A stretch of DNA of 64,000 nucleotides from Takakia lepidozioides (Eukaryota > Plantae > Bryophyta). Below the pieces are notes generated by a model that saw only the letters and a list, made by a program, of their open reading frames with translations, ran no database searches and had not been told where the DNA came from. Shown here in pieces: positions 1 to 10,987 of the stretch (positions within the stretch are counted from its first letter, which is position 1; every line of letters begins with the position of its first letter). The stretch is from contig CM060731.1 of the NCBI GenBank assembly GCA_030704615.1, positions 16,120,001 through 16,184,000 of the forward strand, in the 5' to 3' direction. A program made the translations under genes and the position numbers.

Positions 1-506
1 TTAAAACCTACGCTCAGACAAATGCAATCTCACAGATAATTCAGAAATGCGTATAACGCGATCACCTGGCAATTCCAGCTTAGAGAACAATCCCAGCGAC
101 TACAGAGACTTGGGTCTTGGGAACTTTCGAAAGTTGTGGCATCGCTGATAGGCAGACATCTCTAATTTGGCTGAGTACGTTCTGGCAGTGGCAAGACATT
201 GATACATCGTTACCCAATTTCAAACCTGCTAAGACACAACTACAGCTGACTGAAAGGGGATTCTTTACCCCTTGTATATAGACTATTCAGGTCTATCGTC
301 GCTACGTGATGACAACTTGCTTCCGAGAATGCAATCATCAGTTTACCTCTTTTATCTGACGTTCAATGCAGGTGTTCCCTCCTCTCATCTAACTAAAAAT
401 CCAGGTAATCGGTATGCCAACCATGCAACGCCCCACATGACGTTATCGCCCAAACCAAAAATCTGAGCTCTTTAAACTACATTCTGCCCCAAGTCAGAGC
501 GCCCAC

Positions 507-770
507 CTTCTTTTCATAAAGCAGAAAGACGACGCGACCGGCAGGCTTCGAGTCCAAAGTAATATCGAAATACACACAAAGGTGGCTCACACACGCCTTC
601 ACCTGAGGAAACCTCTTCTCAAAACGCTGTTTGATAACCCGCACTGGATCCCTGCGTGCAGCTGTCATGCCAACGACATGACCATAGCTGATCATCTGGA
701 ACAGCGCAATGACAGCCAGCAATGCTCCCATTGCAAACAAAAGATTGCGCTTTTCCTTCGTTAGCGCCAT
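507..770 (-). CDS. Cyclophilin-type peptidyl-prolyl isomerase with N-terminal hydrophobic signal/anchor, first coding exon; later exons not identified, probably beyond the left edge
   Basis: ATG at 770 gives MALTKEKRNLLFAMGALLAVIALFQMISYG...VYFDITLDSKPAGRVVFLLYEKK. VYFDI-x4-PAGRVVF is the cyclophilin N-terminal strand motif. Exon is 264 nt (phase 0) and ends at donor AAG|GTGGGC. Confidence 0.8.
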
Positions 771-1163
771 CCTATCCTCGCCCACCCCCGTCCCCTACTC
801 CGCATATTCCCCCACCCACTCGACCTCCTCCAGATTGTGAGATGAGCTCTCTGTGGAGGCAGAGTTATGTCGCTCTCTGCACGTTCTCGTCGTCGTCACT
901 CTCGTGTACTACTCGCACGTAGCTCTGGCTCCCTTTAGGGCATGCATGGATGACTTCATTGTAGATGAACCACTCCCTACTCCCTACAGGGAGTACTTTC
1001 TATAGTGGGTTGTAGAATGTCCCGACTACTATAAACCCTCAAGCCTCTACTTCCTTGGGACTCAAAGTTTCCAGGTAAGTAGTTATCTCTCACACTCTTC
1101 ACCCAACTAAGGAACCATCTATATTGAATTTTCTCCTGACATGGACCCCCTATTTCCATCTGT

Positions 1164-1451
1164 CCCTGTTTTGTAACACCTGCACTGTCTCAATGATACA
1201 GAGCTATGGTGGAAGATGAACCATAGGTACGTAATTGGGAGAAGGAGCTGCTGAAGTGGCTGCTGAAGTGGCTGGAACCATTTATCATCTGATTCTATTG
1301 AAGTTTCGCCCTGAAGATGGTCCTTTTGAGGGTGTGAAGAGGCTGTGAAACTTAGTAGGACTCACAAGGTACAGTGTTGACACAATGTCGGACCCTGTTT
1401 TGTAACATCTGAGTGCCCAAATGAAAAAGAGCTACAGTGGAAGATGAGCCA
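1164..1451 (+). repeat. Diverged ~60-bp direct repeat (1164-1223 and 1393-1451) bracketing a hammerhead-like motif
   Basis: Both copies read CCCTGTTTTGTAACA...AGAGCTA..GTGGAAGATGA.CCA. CTGAAGA (1311) and GAAAC (1347) lie between them. Confidence 0.6.
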
Positions 1452-2358
1452 ACGAAGGACCTCCAAACACAGTTCTAACTGAGAGGGGACCTCGCTGGAT
1501 GGCGTTGCCCATGATGTTGCATGCATGAGATTTTGGGACTCATGAGGATTCTGCATTTGCTCAAGTCTCATTGTTCAAATCTCGTAAAGTCGCGGGCAAC
1601 TCTCACTCAGGATTCGCACTCTGTCTACTACTACAGCGAGGTTTTGAAATTAATTCATTCTCGCTCGAATATGAACAACATACTTACGAGCTGTACAGGC
1701 TGAACCGTGTGCACACACTCAAAACTTACAATTGAGGAGGAACACGGAGCCTATACTTCCAATTGTTAAGCTTGCGAACTTCTGTTAATATTTCAGTTAG
1801 ACTTGTACATAAAATGTCACAGATTACTTTGAAGCCTGAAGTCCTCGGCCAATGCTAGATCAACTGGTATCAGATTACCTATACGCCATTTACAACATGT
1901 TTTCCGTTTCGAAAGTTCATTGGAGGAGCAGAGCCAACCATTTAGTCATAGCTGGGCACTATGTAAACTCGAGTTGGCAACTTACGCCAGCAGATCGCTA
2001 GATTTTTTTCAATAGAAGATTATGTACATGTACATACTCATTTTCCCGCGGATGCAAGTGATTTCATCATCCGACTGATCGTGAGCTCAAAGTTGGTCAA
2101 AGCACTGGAGGGTCGGAGAACCCGCAAAGAGAGTTTGTGCGTGCTCATCAACAACGTCCCGCGGCCCTACACAACGCCCTACACTTCTGATCAACTCATC
2201 AATACTTCCAGAACCCGTTCCCGGCAGCTGCCAGTGCCCGTCGTCAATCGGTCCGGTCGACGAATGAGCTCATTACTAGTGGGAGGAGAGGGTGTCCTAG
2301 CCCTGCGGGTCATCTCTTCTTGGTAACCTGCGGGACTCATATATATGTACTTGTAATT

Positions 2359-2678
2359 CTAGCGACGACCGAAGGTCGGAGACTAGTTTAGGGGGGTAGA
2401 GCGGGAAGGTGCCATAGTGCCACATCATCGTCACCACGTCGTCGTCAGCCACGTCATCATAAACACGTCATCGTAACCACGTCGTCGTCGGTCACGTCAT
2501 TGTCGCCACGTCATCGTCATCAGCCACTCGTCTTCGGTCACGTCATCGTCGTCAGCCACGTCATCTTCGACGTTTTACTTGACAACATGCTCGGACTGCC
2601 CGACAAAACTGAAAAAAAGTTTCGTGGAGGTGTTGAGCCATTTGATGGGCAGCGTATGGTCCGACACATACAGAGAGA
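2359..2678 (-). mobile_element. Small non-autonomous rolling-circle-like (Helitron/Helentron-type) element, copy 1, with internal CCACGTCATC array
   Basis: Inverted homologue of 11573-11795. Terminal CTAG-CGA-CGACCGAAGGTCG-GAGA-CTAG hairpin, about ten degenerate CCACGTC(A/G)TC units, and the other end at TCTCTCTGTA. No TSD found. Confidence 0.5.
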
Positions 2679-2719
2679 ATGTACTCGTAAGGCATTGCTT
2701 GCTCAGAGCATGTTGCCTT

Positions 2720-4251
2720 TGTGAGGGGCTCACTCCATCGTCATCGTCTGTGCCAGCCTTGGAAACCTGGAAAAGGGCAGAGACGTCCATGGTTGCATCC
2801 TCGAAGCTGGATTTTGCTAGATATTGTTTTAGAGACTGTCCTCACTGACATGTATGCCAACTGCGGGAGCATGCAGCATGCGCGGCTGGTGTTAGAGAAT
2901 ATGGCTCAACGAAATGTGGTCTCCTGGAACACCATGATCGCAGGATATGCTCAACATGGGTGAGAATGGAGGCTCTTGAGATCTATGACCAAATGCAACA
3001 GGCAGGGGTGATGCCCGGCGTGTCACGTTTACGTGTGTGCTCAATGCGTGTGGTAGGCTAGGGGCCCTGGAAAAGGGCGAAGTGGCCCATGCTCACATCA
3101 TCAAAGCTGGAATTTTGCAAGACATCTTTCTGGAGACTGCCCTGGTCGAAATGTATGCCAAATATGGGAGCACGAAGGATGCACTAAAAGTATTTGACAA
3201 AATGGCTGAACGGGATGTGGTTTCCTAGAACGTCGTGATAGCAGGATATGCCCAGCAGGGTTGTGGCACAGAGGCCATTAAAATCTATGATAGAATCCAA
3301 CATGAAGGTGTGATGCCCGACAGGGTCGCGTTCATAATTTGTGTTCTCAATGCTTGTGCCAGCATGGTGGCCCTGCAGAAGGGCAAAGAGATCCATGCTG
3401 CCATTGTCAAAGCTGGAATTCCGTCACATATTAATTTGGAGACTGCCCTTGTTAACATGTGCCTCATGTGGGAGTGTAAGGGAGGCCTGTCTAGTGTTCA
3501 ACAATATGGCTGAGCGAGACGTGGTCTCATGGAGTGCAATGATTATAGGGTGTGCTCAGCACGGGTATGGTAGGTAGGCCCTGTAGCTATTTGATCAAAT
3601 GCAACATGATGGTATGAAGCCAAAGAATCTTAGTTTTATATCTCTTCTGTCTGCATGTAGCCATGCAGGCCTAGTGGAGGAAGGCAGTCACTATTTCAAT
3701 CCAATGAGTCGAGACTATGGCCTCACTCCTACAGTGGAGCATTTTGGCTGCATGGTGGACCTTCTTGGCCTGCAGGGCGATCATTCGACGAGGCAGAAGA
3801 ATTTATTAATAAAATACCAATTGAAGCAGGTGCTTTGGTGTGAGGGGGCTTGCTTGGTGCCTCCAGAATCCATGGCAATGTTGAGATGGCAGAGAGCGTG
3901 GCAAAGAAGATTATGGAGTATGATCCAAAGGACTCATCAGCTTAATATGTATTGCTCTCAAACATCTATGCAGCAGCTGGCAGGTGGGAATACGAAGCAA
4001 TAGTGAGGAAAATGATGGAGCCCAGAGGTGTCAGAAAAGAGCGAGGGCGCAGTTGTATTGAGGTCCACAATCAGATGAAGGGGGCCGGGTATGTGCCTGA
4101 CACACACTTTGTATTTCATGATGTTGAGGAGGAGCAAAAAGAATTTTTTCTTGCCTACTATAGTGAGAGGCTCGCGATTGCTTTTGGGCTCATCAGCACG
4201 CCCTATGGGACACCTATCCGCGTCATGAAGTATCAAATGGCCCCAAAATGA
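2720..4251 (+). pseudogene. PLS-class PPR-E-DYW RNA editing factor pseudogene (intronless, frameshifts and stops, truncated DYW)
   Basis: Repeating P/L/S motifs across frames (DMYANCGSMQHARLVLENMAQRNVVSWNTMIAGYAQHG; LNACGRLGALEKG; LLSACSHAGLVEEG), E motifs ([12 protein letters not shown]), PG-box-like [10 protein letters not shown] and a DYW start (GYVPDT...[24 protein letters not shown]). Many in-frame stops; no CxxC or terminal DYW. Confidence 0.93.
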
Positions 4252-5868
4252 TGTTATGGGAGTGGACTTGATCGGCAGGTGTAGCATCCTTGTATGCATT
4301 TTGTTTTGTTTTCAATCCGGATGGTCACCTCTCCCTCTCCTACTCAGTTTGAAAATTTTCTCATTTCTACAAATGTAGTTGAAACCTCTTAGGACTCTCT
4401 TTGAAGGTCATTTTCTCTGCCCAGTTGGATCCAGAGAGTTTTTTTTCTGAATTATGACCCACGTGACGTTTTGAAAGTTCTGGACAAATGTATCTCTTTG
4501 ACTATCTCAGTTTCAGGATTTCTTGTCCGAAGTGCTGATACGGTAGGCTTTCACAAGCAGTTGGTTGCTTCTTTCTCATTTGGTTGGGCAGAAGTTCCTG
4601 ACCCATTGTCTCCTGGTTCGGTTGGCAGGTGGATCACACCATCACTAGCACTACCAACAGTTTCCCTAAAATTATAACCCATCGCTTATTTCTTCACCCT
4701 ACTCTCTTTCCAGCCATAACCCCGGTTTCTCCTCTTTGACAGTAAAGTACGAGTCTATATTTGTTAACAGACGTTAGGTGACCTTCTAGCGACATTGGCA
4801 CGCTGGTGGCAGTTTTTCTGAAACTAGAACTTAGGGCAGACACATTCAACTATCGTTTCTTCAGCTGCTGGCAATCAAAATGTCTTAAAAGTGCTTTAAA
4901 ATGTCTTATCGGCCTTTGGGATCTAGTAGTTTGTTGGCCCTGCATTCCTAAGGCAGGACTACGCAATGGGTTTCAGCTGCTTTAGCACCGATACTTTTGA
5001 TTAGACTTCCAATTCGATCGAGACAGTTGTCAAGAGAATATTCTGTCTTTTAACGAATGACATCCGTTCAACTTCTTGTGCATGCCATAAATGAAAGTCC
5101 ATTGGATATTACCGCAAGTGCCACCGGTGATTCAGGGCTCAAATCCTGTTACCTTGATATTTAGACTAATTATGTGATCTTCCAGATTTTTACTACCTAT
5201 TCATAATTACTATACGGCAGGGCTTGCATGGATTCCATGCATTTGTTTCTTATCCTTTGGGATCTAGTGGTTTGTTGGCTCTCTTCTATAGAAAAGAGAC
5301 TTTGCAACATGTTGAAGTCAATGGAGAAAATATGGTCAAAGGACCTTACAGTGTCAAGGCTCCCATTGGTGTGTTGTGCTTAGTCATGCCCCTTATTAGT
5401 GTGACTTCCCCTTATGTTTTGCCAAGCAAGAGAGCCCATTGCCATTTGAGGCTTGTTTCTTAAGTGTTAGAGGGACATGTGAGAGTAGCCTATGGAAAAC
5501 TACTACTATATGCGAGATTTTCTCTTGTCCTTATAACAAGGGAGACCCCTCTTTCGATTATTTCCACTGCTTTGAAATCTAAACCAATTGAAAATAAAGA
5601 TGAAAAAGATATCATATAAACAACATTCCTGATCCAAATAAAATAAAATAAAATTGTTTTTTAATTTTTGGTGTTGGAAACAAGGGTGAGCCATGGAGGC
5701 ATGATAGGCCCGCCCAAACCTGAAGGCCAAATTTACTTGTTGTATGAAGATGAGCCATCAAATGAAATAAATGTTTATCTTTTTATAAAACTTGAATATA
5801 GCACATCTATCTGGACGGTTCTCAAAAGTTGTCGCTAGTAGTGTGGAGCAACGCGAAGCCCTAGTGTT

Positions 5869-6013
5869 TGTTGGAGGTGTCAAAGCTACAGCCCTTGCAC
5901 GACACTGTGAGCACATAAGAGGACGGGTAGCTCAGTGGTAGAGCACCCCACCGGAATGGGGGAGGTCTTAGGTTCAATCCCTAGCCCAACCACATGCTAG
6001 TGGTTTTCCAACA
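5869..6013 (+). mobile_element. Solo LTR of a TRIM-like element whose LTR contains a tRNA-like sequence (Helenus-like architecture)
   Basis: Termini TGTTGGA (5869) and TCCAACA (ends 6013) form a perfect 7-bp inverted repeat. Flanks GTGTT and ATGTT give a 5-bp TSD with one mismatch. Internal tRNA-like unit at 5921-5992, then TTTT at 6004-6007. Confidence 0.7.
5921..5992 (+). tRNA. tRNA-like sequence / pseudo-tRNA with intact Pol III A and B boxes; unlikely to decode
   Basis: GGACGGG TA GCTC AGTGGTA GAGC A CCCCA CCGGAA TGGGG GAGGTC TTAGG TTCAATC CCTAG CCCAACC A. D and T arms pair. The acceptor stem has 2 mismatches, and the anticodon loop is 6 nt and lacks U33. Confidence 0.7.
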
Positions 6014-6394
6014 ATGTTACCTCCACAACCCCCAAAAAGCTCTTTAAGTGCTAGTTCCCAATTCGAATGGTGAAGTTAAGAGAAGGTCTAGATTTCATGT
6101 AGCAAGTGATATCTAACCTCAAGCATTAGACCGGTCTGAGGCAAAAGATGAATCAATTTTTGTATTACGAGCTTTGGAGTCAGACGAGACTATAGCTCTG
6201 GGCCGGCCACAGCATGTAAGCCTCTGCAAGAAATTCAAGACAAGGTAGACTAGAAGAATGACCTTTACAGTACCGCCTTCAGTGTGGCCCAACCTCCTCT
6301 ACCCATTCCACATCGACATCTCCGACAAAATAATCTTGCTCTTCTAAAGGCCTCTAGCAATTTCCTTCCTCCTTGCAGTTTCACCTTCTACATC

Positions 6395-6565
6395 GACAGC
6401 CAGCATGTAGCCCAGTGGTAATGGGCACATACCACATTGGATGTGGTTGTTGGTTCAAACCACGGTCTGGTGTGTCATGAAGGTGTCCACCTTGTGGAGG
6501 GCAATAGCCATTGGGGGTGAAGTGACTCTATAAGTTACGCTCCCTTCGAGAGGCGTCATACTTCT
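6395..6565 (+). mobile_element. tRNA-derived SINE, copy A
   Basis: A box TAGCCCAGTGG, B box GGTTCAAACC, body and 3' ...GGCGTCAT homologous to 30135-30314. 9-bp TSD TTCTACATC at 6386-6394 and 6566-6574. Confidence 0.85.
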
Positions 6566-6594
6566 TTCTACATCAAGGAGATACCTTTGAGTTG

Positions 6595-7050
6595 TCACAT
6601 TCCTAACAACTGCAATTAAACATGTGGTGTTTCTCTCTTGTCCATTCTATGGCTCTTACCAACACTACATCCCCCTTCTCAGGGAGGTATACAACCTGCT
6701 TTACCGTCCGAGAACAAATGCTCTCGCGGGGCCACATCCTCTAGCTGCTCATAAGCCACATATGAGGCTGTAGTTTGCCCACAAATGGGCGAATGTGTGA
6801 ATTTGTACATGATTTGTGTGACCACTTTGATATCATCACCGGACCACCTTTATGTATCTTCTTTAATTACACGCATACCTATCAGTTCGTGCTCCAAGGC
6901 TACGTGCACAGAAGATGGGCTAGTGACACTGGCATAATAGTCCCCTTGGAAAAAAGACTTGCTTCATACCTTAAAACTCGTCAATGAAGTCTAACTATGT
7001 CACTTTGGCTTTCCACGTCCATGAGTGCCTCCAATTGGCGCATCTGCTTC
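6595..7050 (-). mobile_element. Degenerate DNA-transposon coding relic (possibly EnSpm/CACTA-like), duplicated at 14.5-15.4 kb
   Basis: 6595-6763 matches 14528-14700 inverted; 6765-7050 matches 15144-15428 direct. The minus strand gives a stop-interrupted peptide WTWKAKVT*LDFIDEF*GMKQVFF/GDYYASVTS...EHELIGMRVIKEDT that is shared by both copies. Confidence 0.5.
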
Positions 7051-7325
7051 AACACAAAGGCGGACAGAACCTACATTTGTCAGGGGCTGACATCGGTTAA
7101 GACTTACCTTGAAATAAACAATTGATCTAGGTTTTTTTAACACATATCCTCTAGAAATGCCTTGACACAAACATCAATTTGGTGTGTGGATTGCCCAATA
7201 ACTAGGCCCCAAAAAGGCCTAGGCTTTTGGCTTAGCCTCGAGAATTTCAAAGTTAGTAAACAAAGGTACAGACACAAATCCCTTGATAGATTTGAGGAGA
7301 ATGTCTCTCTGGTGAGAGAGCCCCG
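7051..7325 (-). mobile_element. Fragment of the RTEX-like LINE family (3' region)
   Basis: Reverse complement aligns with ~59795-60065. The antisense ORFs match too: TRPQKGLGFWLSLENFKV here vs TRPQEGLGFWLSLETFKV in 59530-59937. Confidence 0.88.
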
Positions 7326-7591
7326 TGGAGTTGGTTCACTTCATGGGGCTGGAGGTGGAGAAACACTTTTTGCCCTTGATCCAAATAGGGCAGTAGTCCT
7401 GCTTAATCGATCAGGTAACCGGCATAGGGGAGCTCTACATGCTGCTACGATATGACATTCGCAGAAATATTGAGGAGAATTAAAGAAGGAGCAGCCTATA
7501 TTGCAGTTTGGGATCTCATAGGTAAAGTTGTCAGCTTGTCCTAGTCATTGCATGTGACCCATGCAATTATGGACTTTCTATGACGTAGACA

Positions 7592-8226
7592 TGATACTAA
7601 GATATTATCAAGGACGAGAATATGACTGAACACAAACAAGAGATAAAATAAAGGTACAATGCTAGACAAGAAGTCAAGGTCGGCGTGGCCGAATGCACGA
7701 TGAGTAAATAGGAATCAAGACAATTTTTATAACAATGAACAAGAGTACAAGATATTGGAACTTGACTTGAATACTGGAATGCTGGAAACTGGACTTGAGT
7801 ACCAGATACTGGAAACTGGGCTAGAGTACTAGGAACTGGACTGGAGTACTGGGAACTGGAAACAAGAATAGCTTGAACTGATGTTGGCAAGACTGAAGAG
7901 TGTCCAGTCTCGCCTCCTATATATACTGGCTATTAAGAAGCTTCCCCTATGGAGGTTTTCTTGTTGGAGAAGTTTCCAAGATTAAACAAAGGTTTCTTAA
8001 TGGAGAAGCTTCCTTAAACAAAAGAGGTATCTTGATAGAGAAATTTCCTCCAAATGAAGCTTCATGAATAGTTTCCCAAGTTACTCTTGGTAATTTGATA
8101 AACTCCCGGTACCTTGGTAAGTAATGGTAAATCATGATAGATCATGATAAATTACGATAAGTCATTGTAACTTTTGGTAACACTGGTATTTACTCTGGTA
8201 AGTTCTTCTGGGCTATGTCCGTGACA
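7592..8226 (-). mobile_element. Probable solo LTR
   Basis: The minus strand starts TGTCACGG and ends ...GTATCA, with a TATATATA box near 7918-7925 followed by CCAGT-rich short repeats. The TSD is unconvincing (GACA/GATA) and the left boundary is uncertain. Confidence 0.45.
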
Positions 8227-9299
8227 GATATTGAGAAAGAGAAAGAAAATCTACAACAGTTCAACATGAGCCCTGGATAAGTAGCTGTTGTCGCTGCTGT
8301 GGCAGGACCTTCGGGGGAAGCAAATGGTCTATCATGTGTTTGGGAAGGTCGGGGGATATGAGAGGGTAAGGTTGAGAAAGATGAACTTGACAAAGGTAAA
8401 AAAAAATACTTGTAAAAGGCCTAGAAGACCCCCAAATAGCGTTGAAGAAAAGCTTTATCAATTTCCTTAAAGGAGCTATGTCAAGCCAGGATAGTCATTA
8501 TCGCTTAGAAAATGTGCAAGTAATTGAGATTGTGTGAGCAATTCATGACCTTCAAACATACTGTCTTTTGGTTTTGCTGCAGGGAAGAACGGACGTTTTC
8601 AAAACCACATTCAAGTGGGGTTGTATTTCTGTATGTCTGTGTCTGTAGGAGGTCGAGGCGGCTGAGGAGAGATGCTAGATCGTGAGCGGTGAGCCTATGC
8701 TCATGTAAGCGGTGTTGCCCCAGGTTTTTTGCCAAAAGATATTGTACGGAATTCTGTGGATGACACCCATAACCGTGGGCAGGATGTCCTTGTAGGCATG
8801 CCAGTGACAAGGTTATATGAAGAGCACAATTGCCAAGGATCCAACCGATTGCTGCGATATTGACAGTGGGCACAATGAAGATTAGTAATTAAGGAGGTGA
8901 TGTAGTGGATGGGTAATTAGGGTTTCTTTAGGGTTTCCTTAGGGTTTTAAGGATTTTTATTCCCGCAAATGCCATTGAATTTTTTTCTTGTTTTTTCGGG
9001 TTTTTCAGGTTTTTAGGGTTTTCTTAGGGGGGTTTTATTTTCCCTGCAGATGCTACTGAAAGTGGTGTGCGGTGCCTCATACCCCTTTTCAAGATTTTCT
9101 TTTTCTTTTTTTGGGGGGTTTTTAGGGTTTTTTGAAGTGTGCAGTGCCAGGTGTGTTCTGCCGCACACCCATTTTCAGGGGGGTTTTTTTTTTCCCCTTT
9201 TTTTTGGGGGATTTTTTAGGTTTTGTTTAGGGTTTTTAGGGTTTTGTAGGGTCTTTTTTGAAGTGCGCGGTGCCTCTGAAAGAGGTTTGCGGTGCACAC

Positions 9300-10455
9300 C
9301 AGTGTTGTGCGGATTTTGCCTTTTAAGGAACCCGCCGGGTCCGGGTTCGGGTTTTCTTTTGGAACTAATTCCGGGTCCGGATTTGGGTTTTCAAAATTTG
9401 AAAAATCCAGGTCCGGGTTCGGGTCCGGGTTTTTGACCACGGACTCGGGTCCAGATCCAGGTAGTTGTTCGGAAATATTAGCGGGTTCACGGATTCGGAT
9501 CCGGGTCCTAATTAATTGATTTAAAAAAAGATTAATTAGAAATAAAATTAGTTTTGGTTAGAGAAAAAAACGAAAATCTTAACGGTGAATTTTATTTTAG
9601 GACACATTCTTTCAAGATATACTATAAATATATTGCTCATTTAATACAAGCATTTTTTTTAATTTTTTCTTAAAGGGGAGGAAGCCCTGCAAATCATATT
9701 AATAAAGTATGTCCTGGAAAAAATAACCAGGATAGAAGGCCATAAGGAATACATCTTGTAAGATTGGGTAACACCCTAACAGGCCACCAAGGGCAAGCTT
9801 TGCTACCAACATGAAGCCCCGAAGATCATGAAGCCATGCTCCAGGGAGTAAAAGTTTTGAGAACTAAACAGCAGAACTTTAAACAGCAGAATCCAAGGCT
9901 TAAAATAGAATTGGAGTTCTATTCTTCAACATCAATTCTTAAACATGTTAAGCATAGTAATACTCATAGGTCACTATAGCAATGTAGCATGGATGTGTAG
10001 AAGCTAGCCTAATAATGATATATGACGGCTCCTTCAAAGGCGTGAATCTTTGTGACACCAATCCGTGGATTGAACCCACAACCACTTTTGAGGTGGTATG
10101 TGGCCATTACCACTAGGCTACAGCTGGATTGTCCAAATGGCCTACCTTGAGCGCGGGGTTGGCTGCTTGCTGTGGCTTATTGCTCGTCCCCTCCACACGT
10201 TGCAAAGCTTGCCGGATCTAAGGTGGACCCTGCATGCCCCACCTAAAATTAAGACCCAGACCCTACCCCGCTACACTAGCCCGCGGGTAGTTGGGTCTAA
10301 CGGGTTCTGAACCTGGCAGGCAGGTCCGGTTCTGGGTTCATTTCTAAAATGAACCGGGGTTAAGGTCCGGGTTTGTGGTGATAGCACGGGTACGGGTAAC
10401 CCGGATCCTAACCCGTCGGGTACCCGGGGTCAAAACCCGGACCCGCACAATACTG
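9300..10455. mobile_element. Non-autonomous hAT-type DNA transposon
   Basis: TIRs CAGTGTTGTGCGG (9300) and CCGCACAATACTG (ends 10455), 12/13 match. 8-bp TSD GTGCACAC/TTGCACAC. Dense ACCCG/CGGGT subterminal repeats at both ends. Confidence 0.88.
10021..10133 (-). mobile_element. tRNA-derived SINE, copy B (internally deleted), nested in the hAT element
   Basis: Reverse complement GACAATCCAGCTGTAGCCTAGTGGTAATGGCCACATACCACCTCAAAAGTGGTTGTGGGTTCAATCC...TGTCACAAAG...CCGTCATA matches the head and tail of copies A and C. Confidence 0.82.
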
Positions 10456-10754
10456 TTGCACACCCCTTTTCAGGGTTTTTTTCCTTTTTTGGGGGGTTTT
10501 AAGGTTTTCTTTAAGGTTTTTCTTTTTTTCTTTTTCTTTTTCTTTTTTCCACATATGCCTTTGAAAGTGGAGTGCGATGCCGCACACCACTTTGAGGGTT
10601 TATTTTTCTGGTTTTTTTAAGGGTTTTTTTGCCCGCAGATGCCATTGAAAGTGGTGTGCGGCACCGCGGGGATATGTTTTTTTTGGGCAATTATCACTCA
10701 AAATGGTGTCTTCTTGTTTGCAATATGCAGCATAAGTCAGCAGTTAACAGTCCT

Positions 10755-10987
10755 ACCTATTCATTGGAGCCATGGGCTCTTATTTTATATGGGGTCTAGT
10801 TTCATCATACTGTATATGCATATTCCCACGGTTATAGGTCCAACGGGAATAGGTACTCTTTCTTCGACCGACCTATTCATTGAAGTCATGGGCTCTTATT
10901 TCATAATGGGGTCTAATTTCATCATACTGTACATGCCTATTCCCACGGTTATAGGTCCAACGGGAACAGGTACTCTTTCTTCGACCG
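10755..10987. repeat. Tandem duplication, 2 x ~116 bp
   Basis: ACCTATTCATTG...GGTACTCTTTCTTCGACCG at 10755-10870 and 10871-10987. Confidence 0.92.

Larger units (their letters stand above)
8910..10690. repeat. T-rich repeat element with palindromic GAAAGTGGTGTGCGG...CCGCACACCACTTT units, interrupted by a hAT insertion
   Basis: The unit recurs near 9058, 9278, 10563 and 10647, separated by TTTTAGGGTTTT-like tracts, on both sides of 9300-10455. Confidence 0.65.

Noticed and set aside
2420-2570. CRISPR-like array or a G-box promoter cluster
   Set aside because: Short degenerate 10-16 bp units with no unique spacers, in a eukaryotic context, and part of a dispersed element.
4904-5279. ~33-bp direct repeats as LTRs of a small element
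   Set aside because: No TG...CA termini, PBS or PPT; likely a local duplication.
5921-5992. Functional tRNA gene (Ser-GGA or Pro-CGG)
   Set aside because: The anticodon loop is non-canonical, the acceptor stem has two mismatches, and the unit sits inside LTR-like termini with a TSD.
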